From assembly GCA_014905635.1 (NCBI GenBank), contig CM026547.1, positions 2,232,001 through 2,296,000 of the forward strand: 64,000 nt of DNA, in the 5' to 3' direction. The DNA is from Scenedesmus sp. PABB004. Its lineage: Eukaryota. Made by a program: the position numbers and the translations under genes. The notes beneath the pieces were generated by a model. That model saw only the letters and a list, made by a program, of their open reading frames with translations, was not told where the DNA came from and made no database searches. This document shows positions 36,477-48,229 of the stretch, one piece after another (positions within the stretch are counted from its first letter, which is position 1; each line of letters begins with the position of its first letter).

Positions 36477-36784
36477 TTTGGCGGTCGCGGCGCGGGCCGG
36501 CCTCAACGCTCGCGTGGGTCAGCGCACCCTATCGCAGAGGGGGCGCCGAGACGCGGGGCGGCGGAGACAAGGGCGGCCCGGGCGCGGAGCGGTCGCGGCG
36601 AGGGGGCACGACTGAAGCGGGAGTTGTCCGGGCGCTGGCGCAGAATCGGCCGGCACCACCGCGACCGCGCTCCCTGACTCCAGACTCTCCACCGCGACCG
36701 TCGCGCCGTGGCGCTGCACTCGCCGCCGCCGCCGCCGCAGCAGCAGCAGCACGCGCACGGCCGCCGGGCGCGGCGATCGGCGCC

Positions 36785-38163
36785 ATGCTGCTGTGCGCGG
36801 GCCGCGCGCACAGCAGCAGCAGCCACCTGGGCGGCGGCCGCGACGACGACGCGACGAGCAGCGCCGCCGCCGGGCGCGCCGCCGCCGGCGGGCGGGCCAC
36901 TGCCGCGCCGCGCGCCGCCGCCGGCCGGCCGCCGGTCGCCGCATGCGCCGGCGCGCGCGCCGTGGGCGTGGGCCTGCGGCGCGCGCCGCCGGGGGCGGCG
37001 CGGCGGCGCGTGGCCGCGGCCGCGGCGGCGCCGGCGGCGGCCGGGGGCCCCGCGTCGGGCGCGCCGGGCTACACGTGGTCGTGGCAGGCCCGCGGGCTGC
37101 CGCCGGACGGCTCGCCCTTTGACGACGCGCACCCGATCCCCGAGCAGCTGCAGGCGCAGGTCGGGCGCGGTGCGCAGCCGCCGCCGCCGCCGCCGCCGCG
37201 TGCCCGGCCGACCGCCCCGCCCCTGCCCCCGCCCCCGCCCCGCCGCCGCAGGACGCGCTGCTGCTGCTGCGCGCCGCCGCCGCCGCAGCCGCCGCCGCAG
37301 CGGCCGAGGGCGAGGGCGCGGGCGAGGGCGCGGCGCCGCCGTCGCAGGCGTGGCTGGGGCGCCTGCTGACCGGCGCGGCGCCGCTGCTGGGCGGCCTGGG
37401 CGGCGCCGACGCGGTGGCGCTGCTCGAGGCGCTCGCGGCGCTCGACTTCACGCCCGAGCCCGGCTGGATGGCCGGGGCGCTCGACGCGCTCGCGCGCGAC
37501 GCCGCCGGCCTGCCGCCCGCGCAGCTCGCGGGCGCGCTGTGGGCGCTGAGCAACCTGCGCCACGCGCCGGCGGCGGCGCAGTGGGACGCGCTGCTGCGCG
37601 CCGCGGCGGCGCAGCTGCCCGACTTTTACGGCCCCGACCTCGCGCGCCTGCTGTGCGCGGCGGGCAGCATCCACGCGAGCGCTCGCGGCGCGTTTGCGCC
37701 CGACGGCGGCGTGGCGCAGCCGCCCGCCGCGGCGGGCGGCGGCGGCGGCGGCGACGCCGCCGGCGGCGGCGGCGACGCCGCGCCGCCGGCGCTGGCGCTG
37801 CCGCCCGGGTGGCTCGACGCGGTCGCGGGCGAGGCGGAGTACCAGGTGGTGGAGTTCCCGGGCGACCTCGGCGCGTTTGACCTCGCGCGCCTCGCGAGCG
37901 GCCTGGCCGACCTCGGGCTGGCCGCGCCGAGCGCGCGGCTGAGCGAGGGCCTGCTCAAGGCGGTGTACGCGCGCACGCGCAGCATCGAGGAGAAGGGCGC
38001 GGTCGACTTTGCGCTTGCAAAGCTCGACGCGGGCGGCAAGCGCAGCATGCACTTCGACCCGCGGTGGACTCACGAGGAACTCCACTGGCTGCCCCGCCGG
38101 GAGCGCGACAAGCGGCGCATCATCAAGGAGGGCTGGTACCGCACGCAGTGGGGCGGCTGGTGA
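36785..38163 (+). CDS. Organelle-targeted helical-repeat protein, octatricopeptide-repeat (OPR)-like; 2 exons
   Basis: Degenerate ~38-aa units (PEPGWM...LPPAQLAGALWALSNL, PAAAQWDALL...FYGPDLARLL, PPGWLDA...FDLARLASGLADL). The C-terminus is W/R-rich. Confidence 0.55.
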
Positions 38164-38477
38164 GGCATCCAGCGGCTGCAGCGGCGCGCCCGGCCAGGCG
38201 GGGGCGAGCGAGCGCGCGGGCGGCGAGCGGGGCGCGCTTGCGCGCCGCTGCCTCCGCGCCGCGCCTGCAGCGGGCGCGGCAGGCCGCGGGGCCGCGGGTG
38301 GCATGTGGGGGCGAGCGAGCGCGGTGCGCACGCGCGGCGAGGCAGAGCGCCGCAGGCGAGGGGGACGCCGTCGCAGCGACATGTTTAACTCGCGCCGCCG
38401 TGCCCTAGCCGCGTGGTCCCGCGACGTCGCCCCGCCACGCTCTGGTCCGGGCCGTGTGCTGCGCAACAGTCGACGGT

Positions 38478-40392
38478 TCACCCCAGGCCCGCCGCATGCC
38501 GCTGCAGCAGCTCGCGCGCGGCGGTCAGCAGCCGCTTGCGCTCGGCACGCGCCGCCACTGCGGCCTCCAGCCGCGGCGCGAGCGCCCCCGCCGCCAGCAG
38601 CTGCTCGTCGTGCGCCAGCGCCGTCGCGCAGCTGCGGGCGGCAGGGGGAGGTCGGCCTCGGTGGCGCCGCGGTCCGGCGTGCGCGCGCGCCCCCCGCCCT
38701 GCGCCGAGAGCCGCTCACCTGTCCAGCTGCTCCTGGCACTGCTGCGCCAGCGCCGCCGCCAGCTCGCGCTCCCGCGCCGCGCGCGCGGGGTCGCGCGGCT
38801 CGCCCAGCGCCACAAACGGCTGCAGCGACTTGAGCGCCGCCTGCTGCCGCCGCCGGTGGGCCGCCTCGGCCTCCGCGTCCGCGGCGCTGCCGCCCGGCGC
38901 TGCGGCCGGGCAGGCGGCCGCGGCCTGCACCAGGCCCGCCGCGCTCAGCAGGGGCTCGATGCCGCCTGCGGCGGCGGCCAGCGCGCGAGCGGCGGAGAGA
39001 GCGGGCGGTTGAGGCGCGGGCCGGGGGCCGGGGGCCCCGGCGCAGGGAGCCCCCCCCTCCCCGGCGCGCCGCGCGCAGGCGGGCGCGGCGCGCCTCTCCG
39101 CGGCGGGGTGCCGCGGCCGCGCCGGCGGCGCACCCGCGGGCCGCAGCGCGACCGCGTCGGCGGCGTTGCCGCGCAGCACAAAGCCATAGTCCTTCATCAG
39201 CTCCGCGTTGCTCTTGCTGGGCTGTGTGCCGAGGTAGCTGATGAGAACCTCCGCCCCGGCGGGCAGGTCGCGCGTGAGCGTGAGGCTGAACGTGCCGCTG
39301 CCCGGGTCCAGCCGGTACTCGGCGTTGGGCGCCGCGCTGTGGTTGGCCTGCGCCGGCGGCCGGCACGCGCGTCGGCCGCGCCGCGTCGAGCTGCGCCGCG
39401 CCGCGCCGCCCGCCCGCCCGCGCCGCGCCCTGCCGCCGCCGCACCATGTCCGCGCACGGCACCACGAGCGACAGCACCTCCCGCCCCGCGGCGTCGGCAA
39501 AGCAGCGGCTGTTGACCATGCACGCCGCCCACAGCGTGTCCTCGAAGCGGCGCGCGAGGTCGAGCCCCGCGAGCTCGCCGCCTTTCGTGCTGAACACGGC
39601 GTCGTGCAGGCCCCGGATCGCGGCGCGCTCGCTCTCCGCGAGCGCCTGGAGGTCGGCAAACTGGAGCTCGTGGCGCTCCTCGGGCGCAAAGTTCATGAGG
39701 CACCCCATGTCGCGCTCGCGCGGCAGCAGGGCCAGGTAGAGCCGCCAGACGCCGCCGCCCCCGTCGCCAGACGCGAGCCAGAGCAGCCACGCCGCGAGGC
39801 GCGTGAACCACGTGCCCCGGCTCGACAGCACGTAGCTCGACAGCGCCGGCGGCAGCTCGCCGTGCAGCGCCTGCGCGGCGACGCGCGGCGCTGGGCGCGG
39901 CCGCTACGGCGGGTGCGCGCGCGGGCGGGAGGCTGCGCGCCGCCGCCGCCGGCGCCGGACCTGCCAGTCGGCGAGGGCGGCTGCCGAGAACGCCTTGCCG
40001 GTGCGCCCGGGCTCGTCCGGCACGGCGAGCAGGTTGAAGGCGTCGACGCTCAGCACCGCGCGCCCCGCCGCCAGCGGCCGCGCCGCGACCAGCCCGCGCC
40101 CGAGCGGCGTGCGCTCGGCCACGACGAGGCCGGGCTCGTGCAGCAGCAGCGGCGCCAGCGCATCCCACGCCGCCCGCACGTCGTCGCCGGGCGGCGCCGC
40201 TGCTGCGCCGGTCGGCGCTGCTGCCGCCGCTCCGCCCGCCGCTGCTGCTGCTGCCGCTGCCGCCGCGCCGCCTGGCGCTGCCGCTGCCGCTGGCGGGCGC
40301 GACGCGCGAGGCCGGCGCGCGAGCTTTCTGTGGGCGGGCGGGCAGCGCGCTGGCGGCGGCGCTGCGGCTGCGCTGGCGCGGCGCGCGGCCAT
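38478..40392 (-). CDS. SET-domain protein lysine methyltransferase (Rubisco LSMT/SETD3-like); multi-exon
   Basis: GRGLVA, LWAACMVNSR, VPCADM|ANH, GAEVLISY...SNAELMKDYGF, and a C-terminal T..HDEQLL...ERKRLL segment. Confidence 0.88.
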
Positions 40393-40577
40393 CTGTCGCG
40401 GGCAAATGCTGCTGCAAGCTGAATTAACCTGGGGCCCCGGCCTGGTGGTGCCGTCTCTCAGCCTGCCACTGCGGAGTTCAGGACGGCATGCGCGGACGCC
40501 GCACACGCTGCGCCGCCGCCACGTCACGAGCGCCCGCTGAGCGGGGCGGGCCCAGGGAAGCCAACGCACGCGCGCCC

Positions 40578-41748
40578 TCAGCGATCAAACTTGGCACACA
40601 TGCTGCCGCCCGCGTACGCCCGCAGCAGGCGGTCGCCGCAGTAGCCAGGCACGCCCTTCTGAGCCTCTGCCTCCTCGGCTGCCAGCTCGTCGTCGCCGGC
40701 GAGCTGCGAGAGGTCGCCGCGCCGGCCGTACAGCACGCCGTCCGCGGTGACTTGCCGTGGCATGGGCCGCGCGGCGCTGCCTGCACGGCGGCGGGCGCGG
40801 GGCGGCGCGCGTCGGCCAACGACCGCCGGGGCGCCGCGCGGCGCGGCGCGGGCTCCGCCGCCGCCGCGCCGCACCGACGTAAACGCCGTCCGCGTCGGTG
40901 CCGGCGCGGATGAGCCCCCCCAGGAGCAGGCTGCACGCGAGCAGCGTGCCCGCGAGGCCGAGCAGCGTCCGCCGCAGCACGGCGAGCACGGGCTTGACCT
41001 CGTACGCCGCGAGCAGGCGATCGCGCGCGAGCACCGCGCGCGGCTTGACGAACGTCTGCCCGTCGTACCTGCGCGCGCGCGCGCGCCGCAGCGGGCGGGC
41101 GCGTCCCTCAGGCTCGGCCGGCCCCCGCTCCCCGTGCCCTCGGCGCCGGCCGCCGCGGCGCGAGGCAGCAGCAGGTCGACCGCGCCGCGCCGCGCGGGGC
41201 GGGGGGCCGGGCGGGGCGCACCATCCCGACTCCTCGTACGGGATCGCCGCGTCCCGCAGGCGGCCGCCGACGTACGACCACCCAAGATACAGGCGAAGCA
41301 TCAGCACCCCCGTGACCACCAGGCTGCCCGTCGCGGCGCTCAGCACAAACTCGAGCGGCTGCCGGTCGGGCGCAAACGTCTGCTGCGCGATCGGCGCGCT
41401 GAGCAGCAGCGTGCAGCCCGCAAACACGCCGCCGAGGCGGGACGTGAACGCGCCGAGCGGCAGCGCCGCCCACGCCATGAACGGCGCGGCGCGCAGCGCG
41501 GCGAGCTCGTTCACGGGGCGCTGCTCCTCGGGCACCGCGACCTCCAGCTCCTCCAGCGACGCGGTCGCCGGCTGCTGCGGCCGGTCGGCGGCGGCGGCCG
41601 CCACGACGCGCCGCCGCGGCGCCGCGCTGCGCCGCCGTGCTGCTGCCGCTGCCGCCGCGCCGTGCCGTGCTGCCGCTGCTGCTGTCGCTGCCGTCGCTGC
41701 TGGAGCCGGTCCAGGGCAGCGCTGGGCGCCGCGCGTGAGGGCCCGCAT
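40578..41748 (-). CDS. CGLD27: CGLD27/Ycf36 (DUF1230) chloroplast protein; 3 exons
   Basis: VPEEQRPVNEL, RLYLGWSYVGGRL...YEESGW|YDGQTFVKP...RDRL and GYCGDRLLRAYAGG. Confidence 0.88.
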
Positions 41749-42099
41749 GGCTGCGCAGGACGCGTGCGGCGGAGCAGCGCCGACGTGGGGCGTCGGAGGT
41801 GGCGGCGGGCCGGCGCTGGGCGCGGCGGCGCGCGGCGTTGCGCGGGTGGCTCCGATGCGCGCGGCGAGAGCGGGCGGCCGCCGCCCTGGTGGTTGAAGGT
41901 GCGCGTGGCAGCGGCGCGTGCGGCGTGACGCGCTACGAAACCTGCGCGGCGGGCTGGGCTGCGCAGGGCACCACCGCAGGGCCACCCCCGGCCACTCCCG
42001 ACCGCGCCCGGCGTCTCTCGCTCCAGAACACGCTCCACCGGCGTCGGCGCGCCGACGCTGCTCCCGCGCACGCCGCCGCCAGCCCGCCAGCGCCCCCCG

Positions 42100-43008
42100 A
42101 TGGCGTCGGTGGCGGAGCTGAAGGACGGTGCGGGCTGCTGAGCGCCGGCGGCCCCGCGGGCAGCAGCGCTGGCTCGCCACGCGCGCGCCGACGCCGCTGC
42201 TCGCGCGCGCACCGCGCCGCAGCCGTCAAGGACACGCTCGAGCGCAAGGGCGCGCTGCGGGGCCTCCAGTCCGCGGTGCGCAGCCAGGTATTCAAGATCC
42301 TGCTGGAAGCCGAGGTGCGGCGAGCGAGCCGCACCTCAGCGCAGGCGCGCCGGGCGGCGTGCGGGCGCCGACGCGGGCGCGCCGCCGCGGGCGCGCCCGC
42401 CCGCAGGAGGAGGCGCGGCCGGAGCCGTGTGACGAGAGCCTGGTGGTCAACGAGCTCATCCGCGAGTACCTCATCTTCAACGGCCTGCGCGACACGCTGT
42501 CGGTCTTCATCCCCGGTGCGCCGCCCGCCGCAGACAGGCGCCCGGCACGCCCGCGCACGCAGGCGCGCGGCGCGGCGCCAGGCGCAGCGCGCGGCGCCCC
42601 GCGCCGCGAGCGGGCAGGCCGCCGCCGTCCCACGCCCGCCGCCGCCGCCGCGCCGCCCGCCGCGCCGCGCAGAGAGCGGGCAGCCCGCGGCGCGGCCGTT
42701 CAACCGCGAGTTCCTGGCGCGGCACCTTTGCATCGCTGACGCGCCGCACACGCAGCAAGTGTGAGCCCCCGGCCACGCGCGCGCTGCCGCCGCCCGCGCG
42801 TGCCGCGCCGCGGCGCCTGACGCCGCCCGCGTGTGCCCGTGCGCGCCGCAGGCCGCTGCTGTACGCCCTGGCGGCGCGCTCGCAGTCGCAGGCGGCGGGC
42901 GGCCCGCCGCAGCAGCCGCAGCCAAAGCAGCAGCCGGCGGCGGCCGGCGAGCAGCAGCGAGCGCTGGAGCCGCCGACACAGCTGCCGCCGGCGGCGGCGG
43001 ACGGCTGA
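42100..43008 (+). CDS. FOR20: FOP-related LisH centriolar protein FOR20/FOPNL (CEP20); 5 exons
   Basis: MASVAELKD|AVKDTLERKGAL...VRSQVF, LVVNELIREYLIFNGLRDTLSVFIP|ESGQP...FNREFL and V|PLLYAL. Confidence 0.85.
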
Positions 43009-43078
43009 CCGCGGGGGCGCGCGGGGACCCGGCGCGCGGGCGGGGGCCGCGCGAGTTACCCGCGTCCCGCACCGCCGC

Positions 43079-44778
43079 TCAGGCGAGCGTCAGGATTTCG
43101 TGGCCGCCCGGCGTGATGAGGATGGTGTGCTCGCACTGCGCCGCGAGCCCGCCGTCGATGGTGGTCGCGGTCCAGTCGTCCTTCCACATGCGCACCTTGT
43201 TGCTGCCCTCCACAAAGATGGGCTCAATCGTGAACGTCTGGTTCACCTGCGCCGCGGCGCCACGCGCCACGCGCGGCGGGGGCGTGAGGCGGCGGCAGCG
43301 CGCGGGTCGGGCGCGCGCGCTGCCGGCGGCCACGCCGCGCCGGTCCGCGCGCCGCGCGCCGCGGACCTGCATCTTGTCGCGCTTGCTGTTTTTGTGGTGC
43401 AGCACCTCGGGCGCGGCGTGGAAGACGCGGCCGACGCCATGGCCGATGAAGTCGCGCACGACGGTCAGCTTGTGCTTGGCCGCCACCGCCTCGCACACGT
43501 CGCCGATCGCCGACACCGGCACGCCCGGGCCGCACACCTGCGCCGCGCAGCAGGCGGCCAGTGGGCTGCCACGCCCGCGCCGCGGCCAGCACAGCGCAGC
43601 CGCCACGACGCGCAACGCGCGCCCGCGCCCGCCGCGCGCCCGCCGCGCGCCCGCCGCCAGCGGCGCGCCGCGCCTTGATGGCCTCCGCCAGCGCCTCCTC
43701 GTTCGCCGCGATCAGGCGCTGCGCCGCGGGGGAGGGCTTGCCGACGCAGAAGGTGCGCGACGTGTCGCCGTGGTGGCCGTCGAGGAAGACGGTGACGTCG
43801 ATGTTGATGATGTCACCCGCGCGCAGCTCCCTGCCACGACGCGGCGGCGCGGGCGGCACGGCGCGCCGTCGGGGCGCGGCCGGCGCCCGCCGTCGCGCGC
43901 GCAACCGCGCCAACGCGCCGCGCCGGCGCGCAGCACCGCTGGCGCCGCGCCCACGCGCGGCGCACCGCTTGTCGGGGATGCCGTGGCACATGACCTCGTT
44001 CACGCTCGTGCAGACGCTCTTGGGGAAGCGCCCGTAGTTGAGCGGCGACGGGTACGCGCCCGCCGCGAGCGCCATCTCGTGCACCGCCGCGTCGATGTCG
44101 TCCGTGCTCACGCCCGGCGCGACGAGCGCACCCGCGCGGTTCAGCACGTCCGCCGCGAGCCGGCACGCCGCGCGCATCTTGACCAGGCCCTGCCAGCGGC
44201 GCGGCGCCGTGCCGCGGCGGCGTGGGGGCGCGGTCGTGCGGCCGCGCACCTCGCCCCCCGCGCGCCCCGCCGCGCCCGCGGCGGCTGCTGCGGGCGCGGC
44301 GCACCTCGGGCGTGTGCACTTGCGGCCGCATCTCCACGGGCGGGTGCAGCCCGCTGTCGGCGTACGGCGGGCGCGCTATCCCCGGCGGCACGACGCGCAT
44401 GGGCGACACCCGGAACGGCTTCAGCGGCTCGCGCCCGCTGCGGCGCGGACGGGGCAGGCGCGGGCGGTGTGCGTGCGTGGGCCACCGCCGCTGCTTGCCG
44501 CCCCTGCAGCCGCCAGCCGCCGGCCGCGCGCCGCTGCTCGCCGCCAGCCGCGCGCCGCTGCTCGCCGCCCGCCCGCTGCCGCGCGCGGCGCACTTCCAAA
44601 AGTCCTTCTTGGACGGCGACTTGACCAGGCTGCCAAAGCCCTTGCCCGCGGCCTCAACGCGCGCGCAGGCGCAGCGCCGCGGCGCTGCCGGCGCCAGCAG
44701 CAGCGCCGGCGCCAGCAGCGGCGGCGCCGCCGCGCCGGCCAGCCGCCCGCCGCATCGACTGCCGGCGGCCGCGCGCAT
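43079..44778 (-). CDS. MAP1: Organellar methionine aminopeptidase type 1; multi-exon
   Basis: YPSPLNYGRFPKSVCTSVNEVMCHGIPD, GDIINIDVT...HGDTS, GHGVG..FH, TFTIEP and AQCEHTILIT. Confidence 0.95.
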
Positions 44779-45155
44779 CGTTCGCGGCACACGACGCACG
44801 GCAGGCCGAACGGGAGCGGCGGTCGGGGCGGCCTCCTTCTCGGCGCGGCAGCAGCAGGCCAGCAAGCTCGCGGGCGCGGTCGCGGGACGCTCTGCTATCG
44901 TTGCCGCACCCATTCGCGCGGCGGGGGGAGGCTTGGTGGCACGCGCGGCTCAGGGCGTGCTCGAACCAGCTGTCGCCTGCGCCCCGCGCTCGCCCGCAGC
45001 CCGCACGGCACCACGCACGTGCGATCATCACGCTGCGCCACGCGGCCGCGCCACGATTCATAACGCCCACCGGCGGCAGCTGAGGCAACAACGCCGCCCG
45101 CCGCGCGCCGCCGGCGGCGCCGGCCATGATGTGCGGCGCAGGGCCGTGAGCTCGG

Positions 45156-47657
45156 ATGGAGACGGCGCTCCTGCGCGCGCGGCGCCCGCTGCCGGGCGCC
45201 CGCGGCGCGCCGGCGCGGCCGCGGCCGCTGCGCGCCGCCGCGCCGCCCGCCCAGGGCCGCGCCGCGGCCCTGGGGGGCCCGTGGGGCGCCCGGCGGGCGC
45301 TGGACTCCGACGACTACGAGGATGACGCCGTGCCGGACCAGACGCCGCGCCGGGCGCAGCACAGGCGCCGCGCGGCCGCGGACGACGCCGGCGGCGGCGT
45401 GGTCGGCGCCGCGGTGGCGGCGTGGATGGCCGTCATCGGCCTCGCGCTGCGCCTGCTGCAGCCGCTCGGCGCGCTGCTGCTCCTGGCGACGCAGCCGCTC
45501 ACTCACGTCAGCCCGGCGCGCGCGCGGCACCGGCTGCAAAAGATGGTGCGCGCAGCACGCGCGGCCGCCGCGGCTGCGGCGTATGGCACACCCACACCCG
45601 CGCCGCCACCACACCGCCGCGCAGGCGGCGGAGCTGCCCGAGGGGCCGATGGCCAAGCTCCACTTCCTGTGGGAGCTGCCGCTCATCAAGTCGATTCGCA
45701 TCTCCGCCGCGGTCGCGAACTGGAGCGTGCGCCTGCCCGCGCTCGCGGCGCTGCTGCTCACGCAGGGCGGCGCGCTCGCGAGCCAGGTGTCGCTCGTGTC
45801 GCTCGCGCCGCTGCTGCTGGGGACGGGCATGGCGCTCAACACCATCAAGCGCAACGCGAGCTTCATCTTCCCCCGCCTCGGCCTGCTGGTCGTGCTGCTC
45901 TGGCTCGTGTGGTTTGCCAACGCCGTCATGCAAAATACCTGGCTCGCGCTGCGCGTGCAGGGCCGCATCGACGCGCGCACCTCTGCCGGGCTGCGCATGA
46001 CCACCGAGGTGCGCCGCCGCCGCCGCCGCCCGCCGCCGCCGCCGCCGCCGCCCGCCGCCGCCCGCCGCCGCCGCGTGGCCGGCGGGGCCCACTGGCCGCT
46101 GCCGGGTGGCGGCGACGCCGCGCCCGCGCCCGTGCCCGCGCCCGCGCGCGCTCGCGCACGTCAGGTCAGCAGCCTGCTGCTCGCCGGCATCCTCGTCCTC
46201 TCCTGCCTCGGCCTCAACATCTCCACGCTCCTCCTGCCGACCGGCGTCGTCGTCGCGATCGCGTCGCGCGACCTGCTCCAAAACCTCATCGCCGGTGCGC
46301 GCGGCGCGCGGCACGCGTGCCACGGCCGCCGGCTGCCGGCCGCGCCAGCCGCTCAGCGCCCGTGCCGGGCTCCGCGCCGCGCCGCCAGGCTTCTACCTGG
46401 TGCTGGTGCAGCCCGTGCGGCTGGGCGACGTCGTCGCCGTGAGCTGCGCCGTCCCCATCGCGCCGCCCGACGGCGCGCGGCGCGCCGGCGCGGCGGCGGG
46501 CGCGCCCGCGGGCATGCAGGGCTGGTTTGAGGGCGTGTGCGAGAAGGTCGACCTGCGCTACACGGTGCTCAGGTGGGCGGCGGGGCGGCGGCGGCGCGGG
46601 CACGCCGCCTCGTCCCGTCCGCGGCCCATCGGCCGCCTGGCCCCCGTTGATCCCCGACCCGCCGTCCCAGGGACGGACGCCGCCGGCTGATGGTCCCCAA
46701 CGCGGCGTTTGTGAGCCGCGAGTTTGTGGTGTACGACGACCCGCCCCAGGACGCGCGCTTCAGGGGCAGCCCCGCGGCGAGCCGCAGCGCGAGCCCCTGG
46801 CCCGGCGCCGCGGGCGCCGGCGGGCCGCCGCACAGCCACCCGCTGGCGCCGGAGCCGGCGAGCAGCATCCGGGAGGGCCACGTGACCACCGAGCTGCCGC
46901 CGGCGCCGCCGGGGGGCTACGCCGGCATGGTGCCGCTGCTGGGCCACCCCGCGGCGTACGGGCCCCCGCTGCACTTCCCGGCCGCGTACGTGCCGGAGGC
47001 GACTCAGCAGCCGGCGGGCCCGGGCCACCCGCACGCCGGCGGCGGCGGGGACCCGTGGTCCGCGCAGCTGGGCGCGCCGGCCGACCCGCAGGCGCCGGCG
47101 GGGCAGGCCCCGCACGGCGGCGGCCCGCCCAGCTACGTGCCTGGCTTCCCGCCGGGCGCGTTCTATGCGCCCGTGCTCTGGCCGCTCACGCCGCCCGGCG
47201 GCGGCGGCGGCGGCTGGGCGGGCGGCGGCGCTCCCCAGCAGCCGGGGGCGCCCCGGAGCACGCGCACGACGGCGCCGGCATGCACCAGCCCGTGCCGCCA
47301 CCGGTCGTCGAGGGCGGGCCGCCGCAGCCGCAGCAGCCGCAGCAGCCGCAGCAGCCGCAGCAGCCGCAGCAGCCGCAGCAGCCGCAGCAGCCGCAGCAGC
47401 AGCCGCCCACCACAGGCGGCGCCAGCGCGAGCGCTGCGCCGCAGGCGCATCAGCGGTCGGCCGAGGCCGCCGCGCAGATGCGGGCGGGCCTGGGCCCGCA
47501 GGCGATGCTGGTGGCGCCCGTGGCCGGGCATCCCGGACTGTGGTTTCCTCAACACCCCGGCGTCGCCCACGTCGGCCCGCCGCCGCCGCCGGCTGCGGCG
47601 CCCACGCAGCCGCCAGCTGGGCGGCCCGGCGCCGGGGTGTTGGGGCTGGGCGAGTGA
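45156..47657 (+). CDS. MscS-like small-conductance mechanosensitive channel with a Pro/Gln-rich tail; multi-exon
   Basis: Several TM helices, then ASRDLLQNLIAG|FYLVLVQPVRLGDVV and FEGVCEKVDLRYTVLR...MVPNAAF, the MscS TM3 and beta domain. Frame is ambiguous in the tail near 47250. Confidence 0.85.
47324..47405 (+). repeat. (CAGCCGCAG)n 9-bp tandem repeat encoding (QPQ)n in the MscS-like tail
   Basis: Directly visible array. Confidence 0.9.
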
Positions 47658-48229
47658 GCGCATCGCAGCTAGCTGATAGGAACGCCATTGCTGTTGGCGG
47701 CATCGCCAGGTGCACGCGCCCATGACCGCGCCGTGCGACGGCAGTGCAGGGCCTGTGCCTCCGCTGCGGCGGCCGCACGTGCCGACGGCCCCCACGCCCT
47801 GACTGTCGACGGCGCGCGGCCGCCGGCGCCACGCGACGGCGCGCCGCCGCATGGAGCGAGCGCTGACTGCCCGCGCCCCGTGCCCTCGCGGTCGGCGGCG
47901 CGGGGCTGACTGACAAACCTCACGACTCGTGCCCGGCTGCACTGCGCTTCAACTGTGCACTGGGTCTGCACCACTGTGTCTACGTGCATCGCACGCGCGC
48001 TCGCGTGCGCCGCCCGGGCCCGGCGGTGCGCCCGAGCCGCCGCCGCGGCCCGGCGCCCCAAGCGCTTCCAACCTCACGCCGCGTGCCTGCCCTCTGCGGT
48101 CGCCCCCCGCCACTAGCCCGGCCTGCCGCCCTGCGCGCGGGCTGACGTTGTACAACACCCGGCGCCGCGATTACCGCACGAGCCAAGAGCTCTTGTGAAC
48201 CCCGCCGTGACCGTGACCGCCTCGCACCC

